Origin: Octopus bimaculoides
Taxonomy: Eukaryota
Assembly: GCF_001194135.2 (NCBI RefSeq)
Contig: NC_068981.1
Coordinates: 42,946,843-43,010,842 of the forward strand
Reading direction: 5' to 3'
Length of the DNA stretch: 64,000 bases
The position numbers were made by a program, and so were the translations under genes. Within the stretch, counting starts at the first letter, position 1; every line of letters begins with the position of its first letter. Below are positions 52,715 through 64,000 of this stretch, one piece after another. Below the pieces are notes generated by a model. The model saw only the letters and a program-made list of their open reading frames with translations, did not search any database and was not told the DNA's origin.

Positions 52715-53072
52715 TCTTTTATTCTTTTCTGTGTTTCAGTCATTTGACTGTGGCCATGCTGGAGCACCACCTTTACTTGAAGAAACCGACCCCATGACTT
52801 ACTCATTGTAAGCCTTGTACTTATTCTATCGGTCTCTTTTACTGAACTGCTAAATTACAGGGACATAAACACACTGACGTCAGTTGTCGAGCAACGGTGA
52901 GAGGAGAAACACAAACACACAAACACACACACACACACACATACGATGGGCTTCTTACAGTTTCCATCTATCAAATTCACTCACAAGGCTTTGGTCAAAG
53001 TGCCATGCAGTGGGACTGAACCCAAAACGATATGTTTGGGAAGCAAGCTTCTTACCTCACAGCCACTCCTGT
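52715..53072 (-). mobile_element. SINE family A
   Basis: TTTCAGTCATTTGACTGTGGCCATGCTGGAGCACCACC ... CACAGCCACTCCTGTGC. Confidence 0.85.
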
Positions 53073-53509
53073 GCATATCTACAGAATTATTAAGCAGATC
53101 TGTATATTCTGACGGAGGTAAACTTTATGTCTACATATACAATGTGTTCATAAACAGTAAAAGAAAGAACAGCATTATATGCATATCTGAATTCTGTCAG
53201 CAAGCGTGCGCCTTCCTTAACTAACCATGTGTCCACTACTTATAAACAAACAGAAATTAGTGGCTAAATCAAACTGGATAGACCAATTTGTACATTTAAC
53301 ACTCTCTTGGCAGCTAGTTTGAATATTAAATTACTGGTGAGTTAACACTTTCGTTTCATTGCTATAATTGTACTGGAGCAGTGTTGAAATATTCATACAC
53401 AGCTCATTCTTAGTTTTCTGTCCAAGAACACAATGTGTATACAAATGTAACGTTGACATTCATTGGGACATAGTGTTGGCAAAAACTTCTATATATATGT
53501 TCTGTAGTG

Positions 53510-53706
53510 CATTACACACACACACACACACACAAGCACTCACACATACACACACACACACACACATACACAAACATACATGCATGCATTCACCAATGCA
53601 TTTCTTTCTCTCTTTCTCTCTTTCTCTCTCTGTCTACACATACACACACACACACACAAACATGCATGCATTCACCAATGCATTTCTTTCTCTCTTTCTC
53701 TCTCTG

Positions 53707-53756
<50 letters not shown>

Positions 53757-53935
53757 TGAACAGAAACATACAAGCATGCGTTCATCAATGTATTTCTCTC
53801 TCTCTCTCTCTCTCCACACACACACATACACAGCAATCTTGCTTCTTATGTCCTGACTTCCCACAGTCTCTTTCTCTCCACACACACACACACGCACACA
53901 CACACACACAACCACACACAAACACACACATAAAC
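53510..53935. repeat. Compound microsatellite array with a repeated unique spacer
   Basis: The pattern (CA)n - CATGCATGCATTCACCAATGCATTT - (CT)n occurs at about 53579 and 53662, with a diverged copy near 53774. Confidence 0.85.
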
Positions 53936-54457
53936 ATGATGGCTGCAAACTTGTGTTCAAGTATTTCCAATACCTGATGGAAAGTCCCACACATGTAAAG
54001 GTTATGACCAGCTATTTTTGTGATAGGTCTTAATGTTTTTTTTTTCAAGTGATGCCTGTACATAATGATTTCTTTTATAGTGGGAAAAGGATTTTCACAA
54101 ATTCAAGCCCACTCTCTGAACATGGGCAACATAAACTCAGAAAGAACTATGTGGACCAAGCTATCTTGTGCATTGCTGTACTGAAGAAGACCTATCTGCC
54201 ACAGCAGAATTGATTTCAGTGTTGGTGTCACATAAAAAGTACTTGTACTGGGGCCACATTAAAAGCACGCAGTACATTCTGTGGAGTGGTTGGCATTAGG
54301 AAGGGCATCCAGTCATAGAAACCATGCTAGAACAATGAAGCCTGGTGTGGCCCCTGATCCTAACAGCTCTGATCAAACCATTCAACCCATACCAGCATGG
54401 AACACAGATGTCAAATACTGCTGATGATGTATGTATGTAGGCTTTTGCAGAGTTTCT

Positions 54458-54690
54458 TACTTCTTTACTACCCACAAGGGGCTACACACAGAAGGTACAA
54501 ACAAGGACAGACAAACAGATCAAGTTGGTTATATCGACCCCAGTGCATAACTGATACTTATTTAATTGACCCCGAAAAGATGAAAGGCAAAGTTGACCTT
54601 GGCGGAATATGAACTCAGAACGTAGCAGCAGACGAAATACCGCTAAGCATTTCGCCCGACATGCTAACGTTTCTGCCAGCTCACCACCAT
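54458..54690 (-). mobile_element. Young SINE family C variant with a 17-bp target-site duplication
   Basis: GCTTTTGCAGAGTTTCT occurs at 54441-54457 and 54691-54707. Confidence 0.9.
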
Positions 54691-55659
54691 GCTTTTGCAG
54701 AGTTTCTGTCTCCTAAATTCCAAGCTGTGAAGTAGGATCAAATCTTGAACCATATGGTTGCATAGCAAATTTCTTAACCATTCAGTCATATTTGAGACTA
54801 TATCGTAGGTAACACAAATCAATACTTAGACAATAGTAACTCTAACTCTATTAAAAATATATAGCAATGTTACAAACACCCATAAAAATTGAGCTATATA
54901 TTAGAGAGAAAGAGAGACATCACGAAATACAAACAGGAAGGTCCAAAGAAATGAACTTTGACATAAACCTCATTAATTGAAGTGCAATCTATACTTCTAT
55001 TTGGTGAACTTGGTGGGAGAAGGATAAAAAGTATCTCTTGTCACTAATGACACATACTTTTAATGATGGATAGTGTTTACACTATCAATATTGACAAGCA
55101 ATATAATTCCACCCATATACCAAATGGAAAAATAATCTTCACTTTGCTGTGTTCGAGAAAATATGTGAAGCTAAGTGAAATCGTAGTTGTGGTCAGTGGC
55201 GGTGACCCATAAAAGGCAACTGTGCCAGTGACAAGTAAAAGACACCTAGCACATTCTGTAGAGTGGTCAGCATTAGGAAGGACATGCAACAGTAAAAACA
55301 AAACCAAAACAGATGACTGGAGCCCTGGTGTAGCTCTTCAGCTTATCAGTTCTGGTCAAACTGTCTAACCCATGCCAGCATGGAAAATCGATGTGAAATG
55401 GCAATGATGAAGATGATGATGATGATGATGATGACGATGATGATGATGACGATGATGATGATTTAACCAACCATCACTGGTTGAAAACTCAACTTTAAAA
55501 CCGAGAAAAATTTTTAAGGAAGTATGATGATATATATTTTTAGATTACACTTTCAGCACAATACTCCATTTTATCTTCAGAGAAGAGTGATCATAAACCA
55601 AGCATTTAACTGTTACCATAACAAAAGTCTCATACATTATGATGAATGTATATGATGCA

Positions 55660-56065
55660 GTTGTGGAAACTTGGGTCAATGTCTCAAGTGTCTTCTACTT
55701 TTGCTCTGGGCTAGCTAAAGCCTTGTGAGTAGATATGCTGGGTGGAAAAATGAAAGACACCAGCACGTGTGTACATGTGTGTGTTTATGTAAATATGCAT
55801 GTGTGAGTGTGTGTATGTTTGTGTCACCTTGCCTTGATATCGTGTAGTAGTTGTAAATGAATGTCACTGTCATACAAGCAGGGTCATTTATTTCCAATAT
55901 GCTGCAAAATCATATCTGGCCATGGAGAAATTTTACCTTATTTGGAAACAGGAGAAGGTAGGTAACAGGGTGGACATAAAAAAAAATCTGCCTCGGTAAG
56001 CATCATCAGACCCATGCAAGCCTGGAAAAGTGGACATGAAAATGATGATGATGATGATGATGATA
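55660..56065 (+). mobile_element. SINE family E
   Basis: Partial head, (TG)n, CCTTGCCTTGATATCGTGTAGTAGTTGTAAA...TTGGAAACAGG...GGAAAAGTGGAC(GAT)n. Confidence 0.75.
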
Positions 56066-56376
56066 TAGAAAATATTAATAAAGATACAGCTTTTGTTTTA
56101 AAATACTTTTCTTTAATTGAAAACACAAGATGCATACAATATAATTGGTGGATATGAATGCACAACAATTTAGCAACGGCACCATTGGCAATGCAAATAA
56201 GGGAAATAATGTCTATAGAGCATTTTAAGAACTCTTTGGGAAAATAGGAAAAAAATTTCACCTGGAAGTTAATCTAAAACGACTGTTTTTGTGGGAAAGA
56301 AAGAGATAAGATTTAAAAAAAAAAAAGTTCAACAAGTAAACTAAATTTTATTGTTGCTGTTGTTATTATGTTTATT

Positions 56377-56407
<31 letters not shown>

Positions 56408-57508
56408 TTTTCTGCAATCAAGATTAATGAAAAAATTTGTTTTTGCTTGAAGCATGAATTAATTTTAGCACTTTCTTGAATTATTTAACTCCAAACAGAC
56501 ATCGATAAAAAAAAATAATGTATCCAAATTTAAACAAAACATTGACGAAGTATAAAGGCATCGAGGTTGACGTATAAAAGTAGGTTGATTTTAAAAATGT
56601 GAATAAAGAACAATTATTACTACTGATGTCACATGATGTATAAATGTTTGGGTACATACTAAGCTTAGGATTCAATACTGTCAAAATGTTTTTGAAAACA
56701 GTTTCCAAAATACAAGATAAAAAAAAAAAAAATTGAAAGCGAAAGTGAGACAAAGTCAAGAAAAATGAGGATTTACATTTAAAATTCTAACAAAAAAAAA
56801 AGTCTGTTTGGTAGTTACTCACCAATAACACTTCCATTATTTATTTTTCTGTCTAGATTCTGTTAGTTTTTGTTTTTGTTTTTGCTTTTTACTTTTAAAT
56901 AAATCTAGCAGTTTTTCAGTTAGCTTTAACTTGGCTACTTTTATTATTTCGTTTTTTTACCTTTCTAAGAGTTTTGTAAGTTCACTATTAGTAAAGTGCT
57001 ATATTGCTTATAATTCTTTAAAGAGTTTATAATTCCATAGTTAGATTCAATAGTACATACATATATAAAAGGACATTTTTGTCAGAGGAAGCTAAGTGTT
57101 GAACTAATTATTATTTTTATTTTTTACGAGATAATCAGAAGAAGAGGAGGAGCAGTGTCGATGACCTTTAACATTCAGTATTTACAAAGTTCAAATCTCT
57201 CCAGGATCCATATGGATTTTCCTTTCTAGATGAAATAATCTAAGTATTTATTATTGCACATTAGCCACTCGTTAGTCTTAACTGAGCAGACTTATGATCA
57301 GAGTCCTTCCAATCATAATTCTGTCATTTAGGGTTATTTTATGTTTTTCTTTTAAATTGTGGCTGGTGATTAATGATTTGTCTGCTATTTCTTGCATCTC
57401 AGACAACCATATAGACACTCTTTTATTTGCACGAGTCAATTAGCAACTACTGTTCATTGAAAATATTGGCCTCATACTTGGAGTAAAATGATATTAATTA
57501 AAATATAA

Positions 57509-57790
57509 CAAAGAGCCTCTCTCTCCAAGTGAAAGGCAGATCGTGTGATTCTTGTGTATGAACAGCTATGTTACATGGTGGTCAAATAGGGACTGCAATT
57601 GCATAGGGCATGCAAAGGCTTGGAAAAAACAAAGCCAGCATGTTTTGCTGGATGTGCAATGTCTGTGTATGTATGGCAAAATGTAAATGTGTTGAGAGAA
57701 ACATTGAGTATAAGAGGCATCAGATGTAGTGTGCAAGAGAGAAAACTGCACTGGTGTATGGTCATGTGATGCATATAGATGCATATAGAC
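57509..57790 (+). pseudogene. RTE LINE thumb-region fragment
   Basis: KSLSLQVKGRSCDSCV*TAMLHG...RLGKNKASMFCWMCNV...IRGIRCSVQERKLHW-YGHVMHID; same family as 60136-61025. Confidence 0.8.
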
Positions 57791-58554
57791 ATCAGCATAA
57801 AGAAGAGCTGATCTCCAAATGTGATGGAAAATGTCCCTCTATTCATACTCCAGTCTATCAACAGGCACAAAGCCACCTTCCTCGATACTATTCCTTACTT
57901 CAGCTGTGGGGTCATGTAAATTATTTGGTGACTTCATTGCTGCTGGTGCCATGTGAAAAGAAGCTAGCACACTCTGTAATGAGTGGAGGGGCATCCAACA
58001 GTAGAAACTATGTCAAAGCAGAGAGTGGGGCTTGGTGCAGTCCTCCGGCTTGCTAGCTCCTGTCAAACCATCTAACCCATGTCAGCATGGAAAACATACA
58101 TTAAATGGTGATGATGACGACGACGACGACGACGTCGACAGTGGTGGTGACGGCGATGGTGACGGCGACGATGACGACGACAACAACGAAGATGACGACG
58201 GTGGAGTAACATAAAACAAAACTGAGGCTTTTAGTTAGCAAACCATGAACTAATTTGTTTTCTGCAGGAAACTCATTTCATTTACATCAACTAATCTATC
58301 TTCTGGATAGAAAAAGACAGAGTATTACAATTTTGAAACAATGCAGATAACTGAAATATTGATTAAAATTAAATAAATTTAAGTTAATGTTTCATTAATT
58401 TCAACAGATATAAACGGCATATGTTTTATTTCAGTTTCAAAGTTCTTTCCGTGTCTCTATTTTGTATAATTTCTCTAAGGAGGAGCAGTATGGTCTCACA
58501 CACATACACACACACACACATAATGGTACACACATACACAACTATATATGTAGC

Positions 58555-59003
58555 TAGGTGTTGGTAATAACATGTGGTAAGAAGTTTGCTTTTCAACCAC
58601 TTGGTTCCAGATTCAGTTCCACTGACGCTTTGGGCGAGTATCTTCTGCTGTAACCCTGAGCTGACCAAAACTGTAAAGTTAGTAGACAGAAACTGAAAGA
58701 AGCCTGTCATGTACATATGTGTGTGTGTAAGTGTGTGCATGTGTATGTGTGTGAGTGTGTATGAGTGTGTGTCAGTGCATGTGTGAGTGTGAATGTGTGT
58801 GTGGGTGTGTGTGTATGTATGTGAGTGTGTGTGTGTGAATGTGTGTATGAGTGTGTGTGTACGTGTGTGTGTTTGTAAGTGTGTGTGTGTATGTATGTGA
58901 GTGTGTGTGTATGTATGTGAGTGTGTGTGCGTGCGAGTGTTTGTGAGTGTGTGTGTGTGTATGTTTGTGAATGTGAGTGTGTTTCTGTGTGTGTGTAAGT
59001 GTG

Positions 59004-59080
<77 letters not shown>

Positions 59081-59325
59081 GTCTCCTTATCTTGACATTA
59101 CATCATTGTTCCAAATGAATGCTGCTATCATACAAGTCATGTCTTTTGTTTATGTCCTGTGAAACATGTTTGGTTATGAGAAAATAATACTTTCTTTGGA
59201 AACAGTGGAAGGTTGGCAACATGAATGACATTCAGTGTAGAAAATTCACCTCAACAAAATTCCATCCAACCCATGCCAACATGGAATAGTGGATGTTAAA
59301 AGATGATGATGATGATGATGATGTA
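58555..59325 (+). mobile_element. SINE family E with a ~370-bp expanded internal (TG)n-type microsatellite
   Basis: Head at 58555-58710, TG-rich array at about 58710-59077, tail to (GAT)n at 59322. Confidence 0.8.
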
Positions 59326-59388
59326 TGTATGTATGTATGTATGTGTGTGTGTGTATGTATGTATGTGAGTATATATATATAAATATAT

Positions 59389-59935
59389 AAATATTGATAT
59401 TTCGAAGTCTCTCTAAAGGAGACTATGGCAGTGGTATTGGATATTAATAGTTATCACCAAGTTAACATGGCAGTCCAGAAAAATAGGACGAATGCTGCCG
59501 TTGATTAGCTCCGAGAGCCCATCGCCTCTAGCTAGCTATGTGACACATGAACCTGTGTCCATTATAACCTTCGAACAGGGGAGGTCAGCCGCTTCTCCTT
59601 GCTGGTCTGGCATCTACAGACTAGTTTCAGGGTATTTGGCCCTTATCAATGTAGAACAGTTGAACCCAGTAGGCGTCGCTACTGACCGTCTGTACGAAGG
59701 ATTATTTATCTAAATTCAGTGGAATACATCCACTGGTTTTCAAAAATAGAAATATTAATATTTCTAAGTCTCTCTAAAGGAGACTATGGCAGAGGTACTG
59801 GCTATTATAATGGACACAGGTTCATGTGTCACATAGCTATCTAGAGGCGATGGCCTCTTGGAGCTAATCAACGGCATCATTCGTCCTATTTTGTTTTTTG
59901 GACTGTCATGCTGGCTTGGCGATAACTATTAATAT
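59389..59935 (-). mobile_element. Penelope-like element or retrozyme remnant with direct and inverted terminal repeats
   Basis: A ~58-bp direct repeat (59389-59446 and 59750-59807), a ~130-bp inverted repeat (59441-59567 and 59805-59935), an internal hammerhead, and TA-rich microsatellite on both sides. Confidence 0.7.
59613..59655 (-). ncRNA. Minimal type I hammerhead ribozyme motif (U3-A8 variant)
   Basis: - strand UCUACA-UUGAUAA-GGG CCAAAUAC CCU-GAAAC UA GUC-UGUAGA: 6-bp stem I, core with both C3U and G8A, 3-bp stem II, palindromic ACUAGU stem III, GUC cleavage triplet. Confidence 0.75.
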
Positions 59936-60135
59936 ATAAATATATATATATATATNNNNNNNNNNTATATACATATATATATATATATATATAAGAGACC
60001 AAAGTGTACGTACACTGCCATATGTATATAAAAAAGAATACAAAAAATGGGACAAGAACACAAAACATCTGGCAGATGATACAAAAGAGAGACAAGAAAA
60101 ACACGGACGGATCATTTGAAGTTTTCTTTTCTCAG

Positions 60136-61025
60136 CCCCTTCCTGTTCATCTTGGTCTTTCAGGCCTTGACTGAGGAATTCAAGACCAGTATCCTTGGGA
60201 GCTCCTCTACACTGATGACCTTGGTCTTATAAATGAATCACTACTGACCAAGAGAAGAAAGTTCAGGTGTGGAAAGTCCTAGTAAGTGGGTAAACAGACA
60301 AGATGCAAGTCCCTTCTTGAGGTGGCCCTGCTTGATATGTAAGATGGGTGTTTGATAGAAATGTTGTACATTGTACCCAGTGCTAGCTCTGGACACATAA
60401 GAGGTGAAGCACTCAAAGGAAAGTTAATGAAGAATATGGTCTTTGTGTGTGGCAACTGTGCAAGTACAATAAGCACTAAAAATACACAGACAATAGGCTC
60501 CCTCAAATGCTTGGGTGGATCATTAGAAGTAGCAGATGACTTCTGTTACCTAAGTGACCAAGTTAGCAGTGGGGGAGGAAGTTCTGAAGGTGTAATTGCT
60601 AGGACAAGAATGGGATGGGCTAAGTTCAGAGAGCTTCTACCTTTGTTGGTAACTAAGTGCCTCTCCCTCAGAGTAAAAGGTAGATTATATGCCTGTGTAC
60701 ATACAACTATGTTACATGGCAGTGGAACATGGGCTTTGACTACAGAGGACTTGTGAAAATTTGAAAGAAAAGAAGCTAGCAAGCTCAGCTGGATGTATAA
60801 TGTCAGTCTGCATGCACAACAGAATATAAATGGTTTAAGAGGAAAACTGTGTATAAGAGGTACCAGATGTTGTGTGCATGGAAGAAGACTGTGCATATGG
60901 ATGAGGATAGCTGCACAAAGAAGTGCCAAGCTCTGATTGTGGAGGGTACTTGTGGAAGGGGTAGACCCAGCAAGACGTGGGACGAAGTGGTGAGACAGGA
61001 TTCTCGGATGCTGGGCCTTACTACC
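60136..61025 (+). mobile_element. RTE-clade LINE, 5'-truncated and decayed: RT C-terminal half with a Cys-rich insert, and thumb
   Basis: PFLFILVFQALTEEFKT, WELLYTDDL (60208-60219), DFCYLSDQVSSGGG, ARTRMGWAKFRELLPLL, TMLHGSGTW, GRGRPSKTWDEVVRQD. Confidence 0.9.
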
Positions 61026-61048
61026 AGTGGGATGTACCTAAGAGAGGT

Positions 61049-61057
61049 ACATCACTA

Positions 61058-61154
<97 letters not shown>

Positions 61155-61400
61155 ATGCATATATNNNNNNNNNNNNNNNNNNNNNNNNNNNNNNNNNNNN
61201 NNNNNNNNNNNNNNNNNNNNNNNNNNNNNNNNNNNNNNNNNNNNNNNNNNNNNNNNNNNNNNNNNNNNNNNNNNNNNNNNNNNNNNNNNNNNNNNNNNNN
61301 NNNNNNNNNNNNNNNNNNNNNNNNNNNNNNNNNNNNNNNNNNNNNNNNNNNNNNNNNNNNNNNNNNNNNNNNNATATATATATATATATATATATATATA
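61049..61400. repeat. (CTAT)n(TA)n(TG)n microsatellite with an N gap
   Basis: Directly visible. Confidence 0.95.
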
Positions 61401-61550
61401 AGAGCATTGTAGTTCGTTTGAAGCATTGTAGAACCAAAGAAGGAAAAGAAAAAGAAAAATAAGAAAGCTTCAAACAATGCAGAAGGTTTTACAAAAGCCT
61501 TTGTATTTAAGAGATAAAGGCCCATCATTAGAAGGAAGCAGTCTTGGAAA

Positions 61551-62118
61551 TGTCCAATTACACTGATTCCATTACTTTTCTCAAACTTCTCAGCATTAGG
61601 TTAGCAGTAGTAGCAGCCACTCTCAAACTGTTGATGTAAGCAACTCTGTGTTGCACGTAGTGAAGTTCCATTTGATCCATGTTGCTACATCGGTATTTTG
61701 ACCCCTCCATGTCCAAAGGAAAGAATACCTCACTACCAACGTGTCTTCCTTCTTCAAGCACCTGACCAGATGTGGCAACACCACCTCGATACCGGCCTTG
61801 GATAGGAATACTGGACATCTACATATAAAAGCAGCTATATTGATCCACTGTCTCAACCTGAAAATTAGCAGTTGATCCAAGTTGAGCAGGTGGCTCCTAC
61901 GAAATCATCATGGTGACTGAGACCAACACTATAATATATGCCACCACTAACACCTCCTCCACCATGTAATTATATGTTGCATCAACCAACAGTTGAAGAG
62001 TTGCCTGCACCAACAGTTGGAGAGCTACTTACATGAGCAGTTGAAGGGTGGCTGCTACTGTTGCTAACCTAATGCTGAGGAGTTTAAAAAAGGTAATGGA
62101 ATTGGTGTAATTGGACAT
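61551..62118. repeat. Inverted-repeat cassette: ~98-bp arms around a ~370-bp spacer
   Basis: 61551-61648 TGTCCAATTACAC...GATGTAAGCAACTCT is the reverse complement (roughly 85% identical by eye) of 62022-62118. Confidence 0.85.
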
Positions 62119-62124
62119 ATCTCT

Positions 62125-62570
62125 TTTTTAAACTTAGTTTAATATAAAATTTTGTTAAAAGAAATAAAGTCAATTCACAATTTCAGTTTCTAAAAGATTA
62201 TCAAAAATTTGCTAAGTTAAAAGAATTTTTATAGGGAGGTTTAAAAAGTTGTTGAATGAGAACAAAACCTGGAAATAAAAAGTTTGCAAAACATTTCTGG
62301 GCAATAAGGTATCTGAATATGGAAGTGGAATTGAGAACCTCCTTGATAACTGTACAAATGTTCTGTCAGGTGTCACCAGAAGTATATTTACTCCATTCTT
62401 ATTTAGACTTCATTACAGAAAATATTTTTATAAATAATGCACAAAATGGACAATACCATCAAGATATTCATGCAATAGAAACACAAAACCAGTGATTATA
62501 AAATGAAAATATTATGTTAGGGTGGTATATTGTAATGCTCAAAACAAAATTTATAAGAGAAAACCATATT
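62125..62570 (+). pseudogene. Chapaev3-like transposase C-terminal fragment
   Basis: KLSLI*NFVKR, FLGNKVSEY..GIENLL and VYLLHSYLDFITEN......QYHQDIHAIE resemble KLGLMKNFVKA, FLGN and IHFLHSHLDFFPENLG.VSDE.GERFHQDI..ME. Confidence 0.7.
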
Positions 62571-63779
62571 TGCAGTACTTTAAAAAAACTGATTACATGC
62601 TTATATAATTGATGAGAAAATATTTTTAAAAATCCAGTTAAAATTAGTTTTATGCAAATGAATCTAGTTTATGTTGTGTTTCAGGTCAAGTAATAAACAA
62701 ATTTTGTATAAAATGCTACTTAAAACAGCTTAAATATTGATAAAATTGTGAGAAATAAAAACTGTCATATTTCAAAATTAAATGTGCTGGGGAAAACTAA
62801 AGAGAGATTTGGAATCATCAGGCAGAAAACATTCTTATAAGGTTTATTTAATCTCTAATGATAAAGAATGAAAACTGATTAGTAAAAAGTAAAATTCCTT
62901 CCTGAGTCATATAGTCTCATAGGGCCAATTTCCCTGGTTTCCATGGCGTATATATTCCCCACCTTGATAGAATGTCAGTCTGTCATAGGATCACTCATTT
63001 TTGCAAGCTGGGTGGATTGGGCCAACATGAAATGACATGTTTTGCAGTCCAGAAAATGAAACCACAATCTTACGCTCATGAGTCCAATACCCTTATCACT
63101 AAGCCATGCACTTCCACAGTTTATTGACTGTTATCATCAAAAGTATACCAGTAGTACTCTATAACGTCCAAATGAGTTTCTGATCACGTGGTACCTTTAG
63201 CAATTAGTCTCTATTACAATAACTTGAGTCAAAATTATCAAAACAGCAAGTTCCAAGAACTCTTGGTGAGCTTCAGTCAATTCAGATAAATATTAACTTG
63301 GAATTTCACAGATTACCAGAGTTAATGGTGGAATGATTTTCTAAGTGATGACTGTTATGTAACGGATTGTTAGGGACTCTAATTTATGTTTAACAATCTA
63401 GAATACAGTTCATACTTATGGAGCTACTAAGTAGTTTATATGGAGATACTAAATGTCCAGCTCGGATCGCTCTTTGTAAATGGCACAGGGTCATAATACA
63501 CCCATTAAAGTGGTAATTCTACAATGATCAAATAAATTTATATGGAAGGTTCTACATAGACAACCAGCTTGTTCAATGGCAATCAAATAATTCAAGTTCC
63601 AAATCTTAGAAAAACATGTATACAATAATGATGAGGTAGCTATAGCTGGAGTTATTGATCAAATAAGTCGGCTAACTCCATATGTCTGCTCAAGCAGAGC
63701 TGATTGATGGTACACAGCAATAACAACAGTAATAGTAGCAACAATGAAAATTAGGCTCATTGTTTGATATTATGTAGGA

Positions 63780-64000
<221 letters not shown>

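Noticed and set aside
54081-54215. GKGFSQ...SSPLSEH, a zinc-finger-like peptide after a strong acceptor
   Set aside because: It requires a frameshift and lacks the Cys ligands, so it cannot be supported.
62256-62495. 79-aa ORF resembling a terminal exon
   Set aside because: Explained as a frameshifted Chapaev-like transposase C-terminus.

Overview
AT-rich (roughly 35% GC by eye) animal genomic DNA from a gapped short-read assembly. The SINE families, microsatellites and RTE LINE type are most consistent with an octopus (coleoid cephalopod); this is recognised from memory, not from a database search. No long intact ORF, rRNA, tRNA gene or CRISPR array is present, and nearly all ORF-track calls are microsatellite, SINE or antisense shadows. 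The window is a graveyard of mobile elements: several modular tRNA-derived SINE families, decayed non-LTR retrotransposons (R4/Dong-like RLE, RTE, CR1/L2/Jockey-group), and decayed DNA transposons (cecropia-type mariner fused to a DD37D/maT element, two Chapaev3-like pieces, hAT Buster/Charlie, piggyBac-type MITEs). It may be intronic: a few small exons with strong splice sites can be chained in phase on the + strand, but the product is unrecognised and a rival chain exists on the - strand. The best finding is a minimal type I hammerhead ribozyme (59613-59655, - strand) with a compensatory U3-A8 core and palindromic stem III, inside a direct-plus-inverted repeat structure typical of Penelope-like elements. 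SINE family letters A-F below are my own labels.
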